A stretch of 53,607 bases of DNA, the filler included, from Sphacelaria rigidula (taxonomy: Eukaryota): assembly GCA_964200075.2 (NCBI GenBank). It is 5 parts of 5 records of this genome, joined end to end, with 100 filler letters (N's around TTAATTAATTAA, not from the genome) between each part and the next. Parts side by side here need not be neighbours in the genome. Positions count along the whole stretch, not along the records: positions 21,485 to 32,125 come from CAXNAA020006157.1; positions 32,226 to 42,866 come from CAXNAA020006158.1; 3 more parts are not named here. One strand, 5' to 3'. This document shows positions 21,485 through 35,103 of the stretch, piece by piece. The position numbers were made by a program, and so were the translations under genes. Below the pieces are notes generated by a model that saw only the letters and a program-made list of their open reading frames with translations, did not search any database and was not told where the DNA came from. Each line of letters starts with the position of its first letter. Position 1 is the first letter of the stretch.

Positions 21485-24400
21485 AGTACGGCAGGCAAAC
21501 GGGATCATTGCTACATTTCCTTCCTTTACCACGCGTCCTCCCGGTTGCTCAGAGGTTGTCACGATGACAGCACGAAACTCGCAACATATGTGAAAGCCTT
21601 AGAGTTTGGTATATTTTATCTGCATCCGCAAAATCGAAACTGTTCGGAAAACGACGGGGAAGAGAGGGGAGCGGTAGCGTTAGGTCAATGATGTCGCTAG
21701 AATAACTCACCAGTGGGTCTTATTTTCCTTCACTCTTAGGTGAATCCTACCATCAGACCCGCCAATGAACTTCTCGAGCGCCTCACATAAAGGAAGAGGT
21801 GCAGGCATCGTTGTCGGCGGAGACTCGTCGTCGTCGATCCTGAATTCAATGGTACGCGCCTCAATGTTGACGTCTGTGCAGAGATAAGAGAGTGAGGATG
21901 GGGGAGTGTGTGTTGCCCTTGTATGTTGTTGGAGTTATTATGTGTGTTAAATCTTGTGGCATGTAACAAGATTTGCCTACCGCGATGAGTGAGTAAAACC
22001 GATGAGGACATGTTGCGACTCCACGTTGTGTGTATGAACATTCCCCGTTTATCCAACAGCTGATGAGATCCGTGGGTATCGAGCATTCTCTCTCCCGGTT
22101 TCAGAAAGCGACTGCCGGTCTACAATTGTGCGTGATGCACAAAAATTTGCGAGTATTGATGGAATGATGAACGTATCGAATAACGAGTGAGTAGATGACC
22201 ACCTCCCATCCGATATTCGGACGTGAAGTGAGTATGGCAGTCCATGATGCTCATCACCATTATGTGACCATATATAGTGCAATACGCCGTGCACCACGTA
22301 GGTTATGAACGCAAACGATCTGTCGTGCTTCGTACTGAAACGTCGGCCCCGCGTGTCACCCGCGAACACATGTAGACATCTGGATGGGAGCAGCATGCGC
22401 CTTCGTGGCCACTGCGTCGCTGATGCCGCCAGGGAATATCACGCCTTTGATGTACTTCCTCTCCGTCTCAGTGAGGAAATGTGGGCCACCGTCATATACC
22501 TGGTGTTTGGGCGGATCACTCACCAACAGCTTGTGGAACTCCAGGGCATCATCCTCACACTTGAGGATATTTACTAGGGCTCTTAAATCGTCGCATACAT
22601 CCGTAGACCCTTCCGCAAGATGCTGCGTGTGCAGCATCCCCAGAAGGGCATACATGACGAGCTTCTATCTGGTCGCCGCCTTCGTCGTGTCCTTCGCTCC
22701 TTGTGGTGTATCCGTCATCTGCTCCAAGGTATGGATATATCAGACAGTGGCTGCGTGAACCTCAAGTTGAAAACGGAGAGAATATCTGCGATGTGTATGG
22801 GGATGGGCGATTGGCAGTTATATGTCATTCTTGCTCCTGACGCTTGTGAGACTGAGTCGTCGATGGTAGCCTTTACATCCCAGTTAATCCGCCGGTATAC
22901 TGCTCCATTGATAAAGTAAGTCATGCATCTCAAGTTGGCTATTGGCATCACACACAGGGACAAACGAATTACCAAATGGTATGCCGGCAAGCGTATAACT
23001 ATCGGAGTTTGAATGATGCATAACACATTTATTTTTTACGATTTGTATGATGCACTCGGGTCGGTTTCAGAAACCAAGTCTCATATGTCTTCGTTATTGT
23101 AAGACATTCGTTCCCCGTTTGACTGGGAGTGCACCCATTCGATGTCTGCGTCGGATATACTGACGTCGCTGCTAATGTATTGTTTAGGTTTCACATTATC
23201 TGCATATTATGTAAACCGGTCGCTGTTGCGAACAATTCATGCACTCACGAATTCGTAGATGGTGATACTGTCGAAAATGCATGGATGCGCCCACGCAGAC
23301 ACGTGGGGCACTTCCCTCAATCCCATAGTGAACGAATTCTTCCGCCAAAGTCATGGACTTCGCCCCGCTGAGTGCGTCCTTGAACACCCGGTGATATGCG
23401 GCGTCCAGCCAATCGAAGACGTTCCCGGTTGCTCCCTTCGCCCCGTCCGACGTGTTGGGGTTCGTAGTCGTGTAAGTGTATGACTGTATCGCCTTACGGC
23501 TTTTCTGCTCATTAATCCACGTTGCGGATGCCGCAGCAAAATCAAACTGAAGTTGTTGCCACCGCAACGCGGCTATCTTGTCGCCATCTTCCTTATCGTC
23601 AGTCGCCACCCGCAGACTCACCCTCAAAATACGACCGATCTCGTCGAGTTGACTGTGATAACCTCCGTCCATGTGTGCCCCGCTGATGAAGGTGTATGCA
23701 ACATCGTGCGCGAGATGTAACGGCTTCAATATCTGACAGTAGGTCATGACCGCTTGGTTGATGTCATCCTCCCGGACAAGCTTGTGCAGGTGATCATCAG
23801 TCAAACAGCGTTTGTCGAGGCCAAATAAGTAAGAGTAGGCTTGGAAATTTCCCAGCGACGACCCCTGCATCGGCTGTCGAACATGACGCGTATGAGGAAA
23901 AATTGGCGAGATGACATCAGATGGGTACATGGCTAGGTTAACCACGCAGATCATGTACAATGGGGCCCACGTTCATTTATAGGCACAGGCAGCGAGCGTA
24001 ACATCACACAACTGTGATCTGAACAAGCGATGTCGTCCTGGGTGTGACATGAAACAGGGGCGTGTACGCCGACCCGAGCAGAAGGAAGACTATAATTTAT
24101 TTGGACACCATAACTATCATGGGAGCATGGTCCACTATATAATCCACTCAATGTCGCACAGGCGGCGCTCACCGGTTTGATCCCTTCCTCCTCCTCGAAT
24201 GCGAGGCGATCGAGGACCACGTCTTGCAATGGCCAGTCTCGCTCGTGAAGTGCCACGGAGAACACGAGCGTCACCAGCGACCCGAGCTTAGGCGGTTCGT
24301 TCTTCAACGGCGCCCCCCCTGGGGGTGTGAGGACGAATCTCATCACATATCCCATCACGTAATCGAGGAGCTTCCTCCATGTCTCGTTCGCGTCTTTCTT

Positions 24401-25980
24401 CCCACCTCTCTTCTTTCCGTCTTCCTTCCAGAGGTTGTCCTCCCAATAACTGCCCAATATTTCAGTCAACTGTGCCGGTGTGCTGACTTCTTCTCTGTGG
24501 CACGCTTGTCGGATGATAGGGGCAAGGACCCCAATGGCTGAATCATGCAGGGCTTCTGTTATCGAAGATTGATGGAGAAGATGTATCCCGCACGGTCCAT
24601 GTTGCCGATATAGCATGAGGTTGGTTGCATACTCAACACCAACAACTCTTATGCACGATAGCATGCCACTCTTACCGCTGGTCTTATTATTACTGGTTCT
24701 AACATTGAACACAAGCGACATACATGCAATTACGAAAGACACACGACAGACATGCATTATGATGGCCTCGCTCTAGACATTGGAGGCGAGACGATCTCCG
24801 TTAGCGGGATGATTGTATCTCGGCAACGTTCTGTATAGGTATTTGCGTATGCGGCTTTCAAGATAACACATCATGGCATTGTGAGGGTTGAGAATGTCGT
24901 GGGTCGATTTCCGAAACTGACTACTTCGATCCAATGTACGTTTATCGGATGGTCATTTCGGAAGAGGTGCATGTGAATGTTGAAGGACATGGTCACCATC
25001 CTGTGCGTTGATAGTGGTATCGTTTCTTACATATCGGAATCGCTTGGCTATCCAATGATGCTATTATTCATCGGATCACTCTCAGAAATCGTATAATCGG
25101 TCAACGGATTCTCCATCCTTTTTCAAGGAGACATTATTAACATTACAAGTGGACTACAACGTATAGCCTGCGTCTGCGTTTGTATCTCGAAATATAGCAG
25201 GTTATTTCGAGTAAGATATGATGTTATGTTTCTAGATAATTTGAACTTTTAATATGATGCCGGTAGGGAAATGGTTATACATCAACAAATGTTTTTTAGA
25301 TTTACGTTGTATCCCGCGATGAGGCCAGTTATGTTGTATATCGCTCATCGGGGGACGATTTCACAAATCGACTCTAGTACTCCACATCGCGTGTCTGTCT
25401 GGCGATGTGAGAGTAGGACGGTGCGTATGTTATATGAAAATGTACTGTATGTAAATATGTCTGTTAGGGTTGGCCGATTTTCATGTTGTTCACGGGAAGG
25501 TGATTACGCGAATCGGCCTTTGTATGTCATAGATATAAACCCTTCTTCGAAACGGATATACACCACGACAATCGTCGACCGTCGGTTTTGAAAACCGATC
25601 GAGAATATGAGGTACTCCTTGGGATCCCTTGTATTGCAGACAACGATTGATGCCACTGTTAGGGTTGACGGATGTCATAGGTATGGCTGGTCGTATGCCC
25701 CACCGCATCTTAGATTGGAAGATTCGAATCTGAGAAATCTGGGCGGATGTCGGGGGATCTTCACCAGTCGGAATGCTATGGCTGATTACATAGACGTGGT
25801 GTTTGCTGCTATTGCGATGACGTTAGTCGCTGGCTTCGTCGTCACAAAGCGCCCGTTCTGTTGCCTGCGTGCTTTGGGACACACCAAATCGTGGCCTGAG
25901 GCGTACGTACAGTATGGTCACGTTACTTGTGGCGCGAGGACACGACACTCCTCCAACGCAGGGGGAAACATCTCAACAGC
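21485..25980 (-). pseudogene. Large decayed gene of unknown family, short introns near its 3' end
   Basis: Consecutive minus-strand protein-like ORFs (268, 254, 103, 99, 115 aa) linked by stops and frameshifts. GT-AG introns 21874-21980 and 21640-21710 flank exon 21711-21873 in consistent phase. Confidence 0.55.
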
Positions 25981-26118
25981 ATTACGTCCAATAAAAATCT
26001 ATCTGTACAATATCACATTAAAAAAATAATTACGGCTGGGGAAACCAACACACATGTAATTACACAACGTAAATTGTTGTTCCGTGGACATATCCGATGT
26101 CCGGTGCAACGTCATTTC

Positions 26119-28074
26119 TCAACATACACGTCTCTTTTTCCCACTCGCCTTGGACAGTTTCTCCGCAGCATGTTGCGTGCGCCCTACCACTCTCGCTTCC
26201 TCGTGGGACATAGAATTATATGTCCTCACGGAAATACCCGGCTGCTGGTCTCCTGAGGTAGCGTTCATCGCCTCTCGCAATCCTTCCAACTCTGTTTTCG
26301 CGAGATGAACATGAATGGGTGGCGGCGACCGTGCAGGCACCCACGATAACGGTCATGAAGCTCTATGTATGGGTTCTGACCGCCCGTACCCATAGTCCGC
26401 CCGGTTTGAGCAAAATGCGGGTGGTTATTCATTACGTACAACCATCTATGTTGCCTCTGTTTATCTTTGTACTGCCGCCGTCATCCGGATCAGCCAGATT
26501 TCTCGACCAAAAACAGATGTGTACCGGTTTTGAAATTTCCTTCTGACATGCAGCAACTTATCCGGGATGGGGCTACTGTTGTGATTTCCGGTAATTGCCA
26601 CAAGCACAGAGGAAGTACTAGCTAGCTAGTGATGTACTACTTCTTCGTCATAGTGTCGCACCTTCAGTGCTGGGCGGTGGCGCTCCCTCAAGAACGCCAG
26701 TACAGTGTAGCGGGAGGTTCAGATCCACGCTGTATACCATCATGAACAATGCGCTCCTTGTTTGGCCTTGGATGGAAATGAGGCATGGCTTGTCCTCCAC
26801 AAATGACTTAGGCGGACGTCCGAAACTCTCGCTATCCTGTATTGACGACACAGTAGGACCCCGCGTGAAACAAATGGACTCGAGTCAATGCCACCGCCAC
26901 GCCCTGAACGGTGCCATTTGTCCTGTGGGGCCAGTATATAGTTTTTTTTTTACACATTCCGGCATGACAACATCATCGCGTCTCTTACTGTCGTCGTTCC
27001 CGCCTCCCTGTGTTGCATTTGGTCACATTTTCGCAAACTGTGTACAAAGCACGACATAATCAAGTTCGGACTCGCAACCATTTACACTGAGGAATACATA
27101 CCCACATCGTGCACCTCAGGGCTGCTCCCCATGTTATGACATTGCTTCTCAAACGTTCCGTGACTTTGCGGTTGTAGGTCAGCAGTGCCCGGGCGTTTGA
27201 TCCCCCTGAGTGATGATGCACTCATGACAGGCAGCATTTGCGTATTTCAATGACTGGTGATACACGTGCCGTTGTTGCTTCCATCCATTGGTGACATGAG
27301 TGATTTGACGATAATAACTGCGGGTTGCGGTGGAACATGGGACCAAACGCAAATCAGGAGAAATTGCTCAGCCGCAGTCATGGCCTTATCTCTGTTTCTA
27401 GACGGAGACAACCAGTATGAAAGTAAGCGCTGCTCATCAGTGAAACGCTCGTTCGACCAACCGTTTCTGCTTCAACGGGGACTTCACTCCCTATTTTGTG
27501 CGAACAAGCCCCCCTCTCCCCCCCACCCCCGGGTAGTGTTGCTGCAGCAGGATCGATAATGCGAAAAAAGTATTGCGCGCAAGTCGACGCTGGAGATTCG
27601 GTGGTTCGGCAGACCAAAGCCGATATACTTTAAATAGCGACGCTCGTGAAACATAAACGCCTCACGTATTCACCTTGGCCTTCTTTCTCAAACAGAAATT
27701 CTTACCTCTCTGTCCCCGTTTGCGCCGCTGTCCTGGAGGCGATCTCTGGCGTGCCGAATGAAAGCCTCTAGGAAACTCCTCGGAGTTCCGAAGTGATTGC
27801 TGGCGGGACACAGCAGTATAGGTGCTGCGGCGTCGGGAATGATACCCTTCTCGCTCCAAGCCTTAGCAATGTTTAACAAGCGCCGCGGTGATCCCCGAAT
27901 ATTCGTGTTGTATCCATGATTGGAACACCCATAACGCAGCCTAGCATTGTTCACAACATAAGCCAGGTCATATGCTGACAACATGAACAATTCGGGGACT
28001 GAAATCGGCGGTCTACCGCGCGGTTGTTGGTTATTTCCGTCCACCGCTCCGTCGTGACGTTCATCGGCGTTCAT
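26119..28074 (-). pseudogene. Second decayed minus-strand gene, unknown product
   Basis: ORF 27688-28074 (MNADERH...), a donor-like AG|GTAAGA near 27706, and further ORF pieces at 26648-26851 and 26119-26340 ending KASGKKRRVC. Confidence 0.35.
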
Positions 28075-29279
28075 ATCACCAAGCCGTGGAAGGGTAATCC
28101 TCCTCGTAGATGTGCTCAGAAAGGACAGCGGACATATTCTGTCGGCTTGGGATCAGCCCCTACAGTAGAAGATACCAACGATAATCATCGGACTTCTCTC
28201 ACAGAAAAATATACGTTGCTGATGTTAAAGCCAGCATGGTTGAAGTCCGATTCTATTGGTTATGCATGGAGGGAGCCTCTGGTTTTGTTCGAAAACAATT
28301 GCTACTTTTTCGACCATTTTCAAACCCCAATGCTAACCGCAACCCTAACCCCAACCCAACACGCACGACACCCCCCGGCATGGGGGATGCACAACCTCCC
28401 CCTAGGCAACTGTTAGATGGTAGACCTCAAGTCGACGGCACATCGCTGATTTTAGACCAAAACACGCCCGGGAGGATCTGGGTCCAATGCCGACTTTCCC
28501 CAGTCCATGCATTCTCTCAGAAGTATCTACGGTCCAATATGTACTCGTCCAGATCAACCGTTGTTTGCGACCGAAGTCGTAGACGACATGTTGCCGCGCC
28601 GTAAGAACCAGGTTGACATACGTGTTTCTGGGGGGAGGGGGGGAGCTAATAGGGTTTGGCGTCCACAAAGGAGAGCAGGCGGTGACCGTGTGCTAGCAAC
28701 TGGCATATATCCCGTTGATGCGGAGTTCACGCGACTATGTCATGTATGTGAGTTTTAAGACACCAATAAATCATTCGCACTGTATGAGGAGTTTCTTTAT
28801 TATACCGCAAGCTCGTACAGTACAGCACAACGCGGACTACGAGGCACCACCGTCATAGGCTGAGAGGAAGCAAGCACGCAAGACATGCCCAGTGGCTGGG
28901 ATCGCTTGTTGCGGATGTTATCACTGGTGACAGGCGGCAACATCTCTGAGCTCGTCTGGAGACATGGCGTCCCTCCTTCGCGGCCGATACATACTGTTGA
29001 AACACGAGATCAATAAAACAGTACTGTGAACAGCAACATAGCCCCCCAATCCCCCATGACATCAAGGGGTAACAGATACGAGAATACTTGTCCCGGCGTT
29101 CGACATCGAGAGGTCCGTCTCGTGGTTGGCTGGGAAGTTGTAGATGACGCGATCTTCGTCATTGCTATATTTCCTCTCTTGACCCGGCGCGTGTTTTTTA
29201 TCCCACACATTCCTAACCCTACCTTCGATATACACACTACAGAAAAATGCAACCGAACGAAAACACAGACGCTACGGGG

Positions 29280-30980
29280 TTGCGAGAAGATACACCTTGC
29301 GTCATCAAATTACGAGCAACATGGTGTTCCCAGGAAATACGGAGTTTTGATCGAGGAGCATAGGCAATTCAGAGGGAACACTGCACCGGGAAGACATACT
29401 GTAAATGCCAAAATCGGAGACGACGAGACGGGACCTTTTCACCTACTTTGAAAGAACCCCCGTTTCGGATCTTCAGTTTGTTGTCATTCCATGCTGATAT
29501 CCTTCCAGGACGATCCCGAAATGCGAGGCTGCCTCCCGCCCCTCCCGCTGCGCCAACAAATGACGGTATGACTGGTCCGAACTATGTTTGCAAAGTATGA
29601 TGAACTTCAAGCTAAACGCCTTGGAGGATGCAGCCTCAGTCCACCTTTGCCCTGATGTTCTCACGAACAGAGGCTCAAGCTGTGAGAGCTAGGTTGCAAA
29701 GCGCGCTGCAGAGTGCAGTAGATCAATACAGACCCAATACTGTGACATCAGAAGTAATCGAATCCAGGTGTCCACACAAACAAAAATAGATTATCTCTTT
29801 CTAATTCACAACACGAACCGGAGCCAGCAGTTTCCCCAAGACCACAACTCTCCAGTAAGGAGTCATTTGGAACTCAGAGCAACGGTGGCAAGGCTGATGT
29901 TATCCTGGGCCCAAAATGAAGTGAGCTCAGATACGCTCGGGGCGCCAGTATGACTACCTTACGCAGGAATTATATCCGTCACTAATCATGACACAATAAC
30001 AAAAGATCGGATATTCTTCATCCAACGAACGTTCCGGGAATACTATCCGTCGTGCACATGATCAGTCGATGTGCAGACATCAACCATACTATATCTCATC
30101 GACTACTCGGAACACAATCTTTATTTGTATCTTCCAACAAGCTGACATGCCTTAACAGCAGACCGAGAGTCATATCCAACGTCCATTTACTCTGATATCT
30201 GATGTACACGACGCCATGGTACCTTATCGACGCCAGTTCCTTCAAATACCATAACAATAGCTCACTCAAAAAGGTGAGCATGCAGCAGCTCGAAGAGCTT
30301 CGAAGGCTCACGTTTTACTACCATCTCCCACATCACAAAAAAAAGAACGATGAAAAGAATCAGGGGCAAAGGGACTCCTGCGGCATGGCAAATAACGGAG
30401 ATCCAGCTCCGACGCAGGGTGCCTGTTGTTGTGCGATCAGCCAGGCTGTGATACACACAGGGAAGGCGCTTTGCCCACCAACCCCAACCTACAAGACAAG
30501 CAAGTCACCCGGACGGTCAAATTCAACCCATCAACATAAAAAAATAAAAAAACTACAAAACTACACGCAGTCGATAACATTTTCGCGCTAGGCGGATGGT
30601 CTCAAGACCAACACTTTGGAGGCCCACTCAAGCCGGACTATTCCTCAGACAACGGGAACTGTTTTATCCTCAGTCGAACAAACATCAAGGAGGAGCGCAA
30701 CACTCGCAAAAGGATTTCACGGTAATCGGTTTCAAGGGGCCCGCCAAGGCATAACGATCAAGAAGGCATCACTTTCAACATTGAGATAGTGCATGCAAAT
30801 ACTCATACCGGTGGAAAGACCACGACAGAGCTCGCGGTATATGATCTCGGAGCGGCAGCAGTGGCCGATTGAAGCCCAGGCCGACCGAGAGTCATATCCA
30901 ACGTTCATTTACTCTGACGTCTGATGTACACGACGCCATGGTACCTTATCGACGCCAGTTTCTTCAAATACCATAACAAA
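29280..30980 (-). mobile_element. Probable DIRS-like (tyrosine recombinase) retrotransposon remnant
   Basis: Minus strand VVFPPV...ESDAFLIVMPWRAP (DIRS methyltransferase-like motif, ~30720-30825), then FVG*RISDLL (YR Arg box, ~30000-30035) and DFGIYSM...VPSEL (HSLR-like, ~29360-29420). Highly degraded. Confidence 0.4.
30161..30979 (+). repeat. 97-bp direct repeat pair (30161-30257 and 30883-30979)
   Basis: gaccgagagtcatatccaacgt...cttcaaataccataacaa, with only a few mismatches. Confidence 0.85.
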
Positions 30981-32125
30981 AGCACAGCCTGTACTCGTTC
31001 TGTAGTTCAGTAGTTACTTGGCGAAAACTAATGTACTGTACTGTATCGTGCACCCCCCCGTTCCATTTATCAAAACTACGTCGTCACAGGCTGCACCAGG
31101 TAGCACTTACGCGGAAACTGTACTTGTATTGCAACCGTCAACTCAGAAGAAAGATGCTCCCGTGTACGGTACTGCCACATGATGAGAAGCCGCAGTGACT
31201 TCTTTCCGTTGTGTATTCCTGGGTGGCTGGACTTCGATTATTACGACAGCAGTATAACAACATACAGCAGTAAACAGCAGACAGCAGTTTTCAAGAAGTA
31301 ACTTCGTGCTACAGGCTGTACTACTGAACAAACACAGGCTGTGCTCTGCAAACGTAACTCTTTGTGATGCTGATGGATGTGGGGAGGTGAAAACAGTACG
31401 GAAATGTAAACACTACGTTGATCCCACCTCCCTTTAACTCCAAACAAACACACTAGCACGAGGAAATTGAAATTTCTGGCCATGCAACCCAACACAATCA
31501 GACACCACAACGGAACAAGCATCATACTTCGGGGTCAATTCACCCAATATGAGTAGAAACGACCTGAACGACATCAAAAGGGTATGGGGTCTGTGAGAAA
31601 AGCACAGGATAGCGTGTACACATTTCGGTTACCGCTGGTTTACGTGTATGCTGAAATTGCTCTGTAAACGCGGCAAGTCTCTTTTGTCAGGGCATGTCAC
31701 CCCAATTCAACGGAGGAACAGTACGGTTCATTACTCCCATTCCACAAGAGTCACCCTGGCGACTATTCTCCGCATACAAAACCAAAAAGACGGAGGAATC
31801 ACAATCGCGTCGATAACCTCAGCACTGACCCCGGACCAGTCCACATGTATCAGGGGTGTGATGACTGACGCGTAGTCTGTAGGGAGCGAGTATTAGTAGA
31901 CCCGAGAACAGCGCACGAGCGCCGATGGTCTAAAGAAACACACCTTCTATGAGGATAGAGATGACCCTGACTCGCTCGAGAACACGACGTTCACACAAGT
32001 CGTTCCAAGGTCAGATGCCAACATCATATGAACGTTAACCATCGTGTACGGATTATTATTATCATTGTTATTTCCGCACATTAGTCCGATCTCGCGAACC
32101 CATGGTCACAGACGTAGGCTCGCCT

Positions 32126-32225
32126 NNNNNNNNNNNNNNNNNNNNNNNNNNNNNNNNNNNNNNNNNNNNTTAATTAATTAANNNNNNNNNNNNNNNNNNN
32201 NNNNNNNNNNNNNNNNNNNNNNNNN
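32126..32225. other. Artificial contig-joining linker
   Basis: N44-TTAATTAATTAA-N44. Confidence 0.97.
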
Positions 32226-33710
32226 TTTCCAGATAAGAGAGCGGTCCACTGAGTCGTACGCTTTTTGGAGGTCGATGAAGCACATATCCAGGGGAAGATT
32301 CTTCTCTCGAGCCAGTTCTTGGAGTCTGCGTACAACGAATATCATGTCGACTGTGGAACGGCCAGGTCAAAAACCGCATTGCGCTTCTGGGAGGATTCCC
32401 TTCCACTCGCAGTAGGCACTGAGGCGAGTCGCAACTATCTTGAGCACCACCTTGCACGCGTGGGATGCGAGAGAAATACCGAGGTAGTTGCCGCATTCGC
32501 ACGGGTCCTGTTTCTTGAAGAGCACCTTGGTGATAGTGTCTTTCCACTCATGCGGTACAACTTCCTGACGCCACACGGTGAGCACGATGTCGTGGAGGTA
32601 CTTCAGGATGGCAGAGTCTTTGGTGCGGCCGAGCTTCAACAGTTCACCACAGATGTCGTCCGTCCCAACGGCCTTACCGTTCGCCAGTTTGCCCCCCGCT
32701 TGCTTCACTTCTGCCATCGAGGGCTCCGCCGCGAGCGGTGTGTGCTCTGGCAGCTGTTCGATGAGATCGATGACAGGGATCGATTGTAGGTGAGGTTGCG
32801 TTTAGCAGTGTGTCAAACCATTCCTTCCATTGTTGCACGATAGCTTGCTTGTCTCGCAACAGCTCGCCAGTCGCGCTCCGGACGTATATTAAGTCGCTCT
32901 ACTTCTTCCCTTCCAGTTGCAAGGGCTTGATATGCTGGTACAGTCCTGCTTGATCCTTTTGCGAACAGAGTCCGCGGTCCAGACTGTGAACTCGTGGACG
33001 AAGTTCTGCAGCTCAGCATCCTTCACCCGCTTAAACGCCTTGTCCGTCACCTTCAGCGCCTTCTTCAGGACAGCGTCTTTCGGGTTTGCTTGTTGTTTTT
33101 TCCATACACTTCCCCGGAAACCCCATGCCTTTTGGAGGCGGTCCTGAGCTTGAGATGGCTCACTGAAACCTCTAGATGGGGGTTTCTTGGGGCATCGAGG
33201 GAGTGTATCCGCGGCCGTCTGTCGCAGGGCGTTGACGAAGGTAGATGCCATGTGGTTGACGTCCATTACTGCGGGGGAATCAATGGCATTCGGGAGCTTA
33301 ATGACAATGGCCTATGCAACAGTAGCTCTCCAGCTTCGGTCCGATGCGAGGGCTTGGCGGTCGAAACGCACTCCCCTATCCCCGCGTCTCGGTTGAAGTT
33401 GGCGGTTGGGCGCGTTCCGTCCAAGGAGACAGATGGTGGCAGAGACCAGACGATGGTCCGATTTCATCTCGGGGTGCACCATGACATTTCGGACGAGTCT
33501 GCGGTCTTGCTGACGTACGAGGATGTAGACCAGGCGCCAGCGGTGTTCGGCCTTCGGCCCCGCATATGTGTACGCGGTCGAGCTTTCCGAATTGGTGTGC
33601 GAAAACATGTGCTGGTGAGGCCATCTTATTAACCGCGGCGCATTTCAGGAGGCGTCTACCATTCTCTTTCCGGGTGTCTCTGCCATACTCTCCCAAAACA
33701 TGTAAGATCT
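32226..33710 (-). mobile_element. RTE-like LINE fragment (APE C-terminus, linker, RT N-terminus), pseudogenised
   Basis: GEYGRD...ENGRRLL; TY...RLVYILVRQQDRRLVRNV...[21 protein letters not shown]...PHEWKD...[18 protein letters not shown]...[24 protein letters not shown]...CFIDLQKAYDSVDR. 5'-truncated and cut by the linker. Confidence 0.93.
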
Positions 33711-35103
33711 CCGTTTCCCATGCCTCCATATCTACCACAACACTTTATATCGTGTTGATACGAGACAAACGTAGCCACATAAAATTAAAATCGTGTTGCG
33801 CACAGGCAATCATACTAGAACACTCTACCCTACCCCCCCCCCCACACGCACACACATCGCAAAATACTTTCTGCGTCGCAACAGCACTCCTATATGTCAC
33901 ACCCTTTATCAGGCGAAAGCAATAGCCATACTTGTAGGAAAACCGCAAGAAACGACACCAACTACTTACCCCATCTCCACGACATCGTCTTTCTGGTATC
34001 GCGCCTTCTTTTTCATCGATACCCGGCATTTCAACATTCCCGCCGCTGTCTGCTGCCGCTACACCCAGCCGGAACCTATCCGCCCCTCTACCCTCAAGCG
34101 CCGCACACAGGGGAATGCCCGCCTCCATCCCTCGTTGAACACATGCCGAATCCGGGCGCATCCACAGTTGGCGGCTGTGGGCGTGGCAAACCCGAACACC
34201 TGGCAAACATAAGCATGAAAAAACAAAATCGAACCGGCAAAAGCGTGGGCGACGGTGGAGCAATCTTGTGACAACACAAAGCAATCGGAGGGGAAACAAC
34301 GCTTGACCGCATGGTTTCCAGGGATCAATCCATCCAGTCTCGAATAATACTGCCCGAGACGAGCGTCTTCCCTCATAAACGGGTTCTTGTGACTATTTTG
34401 CTGCTGACAAGATTGGAGCGCGCTACCCGGTTGGATCCGAACATATGACTGGTTGGCCGAGGGCTGTAATCACGCCATTTTTCACAGAGCAATGGCCAAG
34501 TGGAATCCCAGCGCAGGCTCTGGAGGATGATCTCTTCATTCGGAAAATGACCTTCTATGGTTGCAATCGCGTGTATTCTTCTCGACCAGCCACCTCCGTC
34601 CGAATCGCACCTGCTTCGTTCTCGAGGGTGATGACAATCGCCACCGGCTGTCCGAGAGTCCAGTCACCTAGGCATGGTGGCAAAAAAAACGCAAAGACGG
34701 CCCACGCAAGCGCATAATAGAATGAGTGTTTTGATATGGGCATCACTTGGTAGTTCTATTTAGATCGGGCTTCCATACTTGAACTCTATTGTGCATATAT
34801 ACTCAGACTTGTACTCATACTTATTATATTCGTCACATCACCTCGATCTCTCAACCCCGTCTCATACAGGTACAATGTGGCAGACTCGAGGCTTCGTTCT
34901 TCCCACAGCTTGAGTACCCGTGAAAGTATCACGTATGCGGCATGGGTACAAGCAGCTGTAAGTGGACGAGACTGATAACAAGTCGAAGTAAAAGGCACTG
35001 GCTTTATGAGTGGAACAGCCTTGTCAACAAAAAAAATGTTTGCTACTCTTGCTGTCCCAAACCAGCAACGTTATCCTTGCAGCGGAGTGCAGCAAGGGGC
35101 GTC

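Noticed and set aside
22240..22310. VLHYIWSHNGDEH resembling totivirus RdRp motifs B/C (VLNYIY...HNGDD)
   Set aside because: Spacing is wrong, it reads GDE rather than GDD, I see no motif A or EFLR, and nearby introns argue against an RNA-virus insert.
24655..24715. NNKTSGKSGML as a Walker A motif
   Set aside because: Lacks the first Gly of GxxxxGKS and no Walker B is evident.
32994..33632. 212-aa plus-strand ORF
   Set aside because: Antisense shadow of the LINE ORF.
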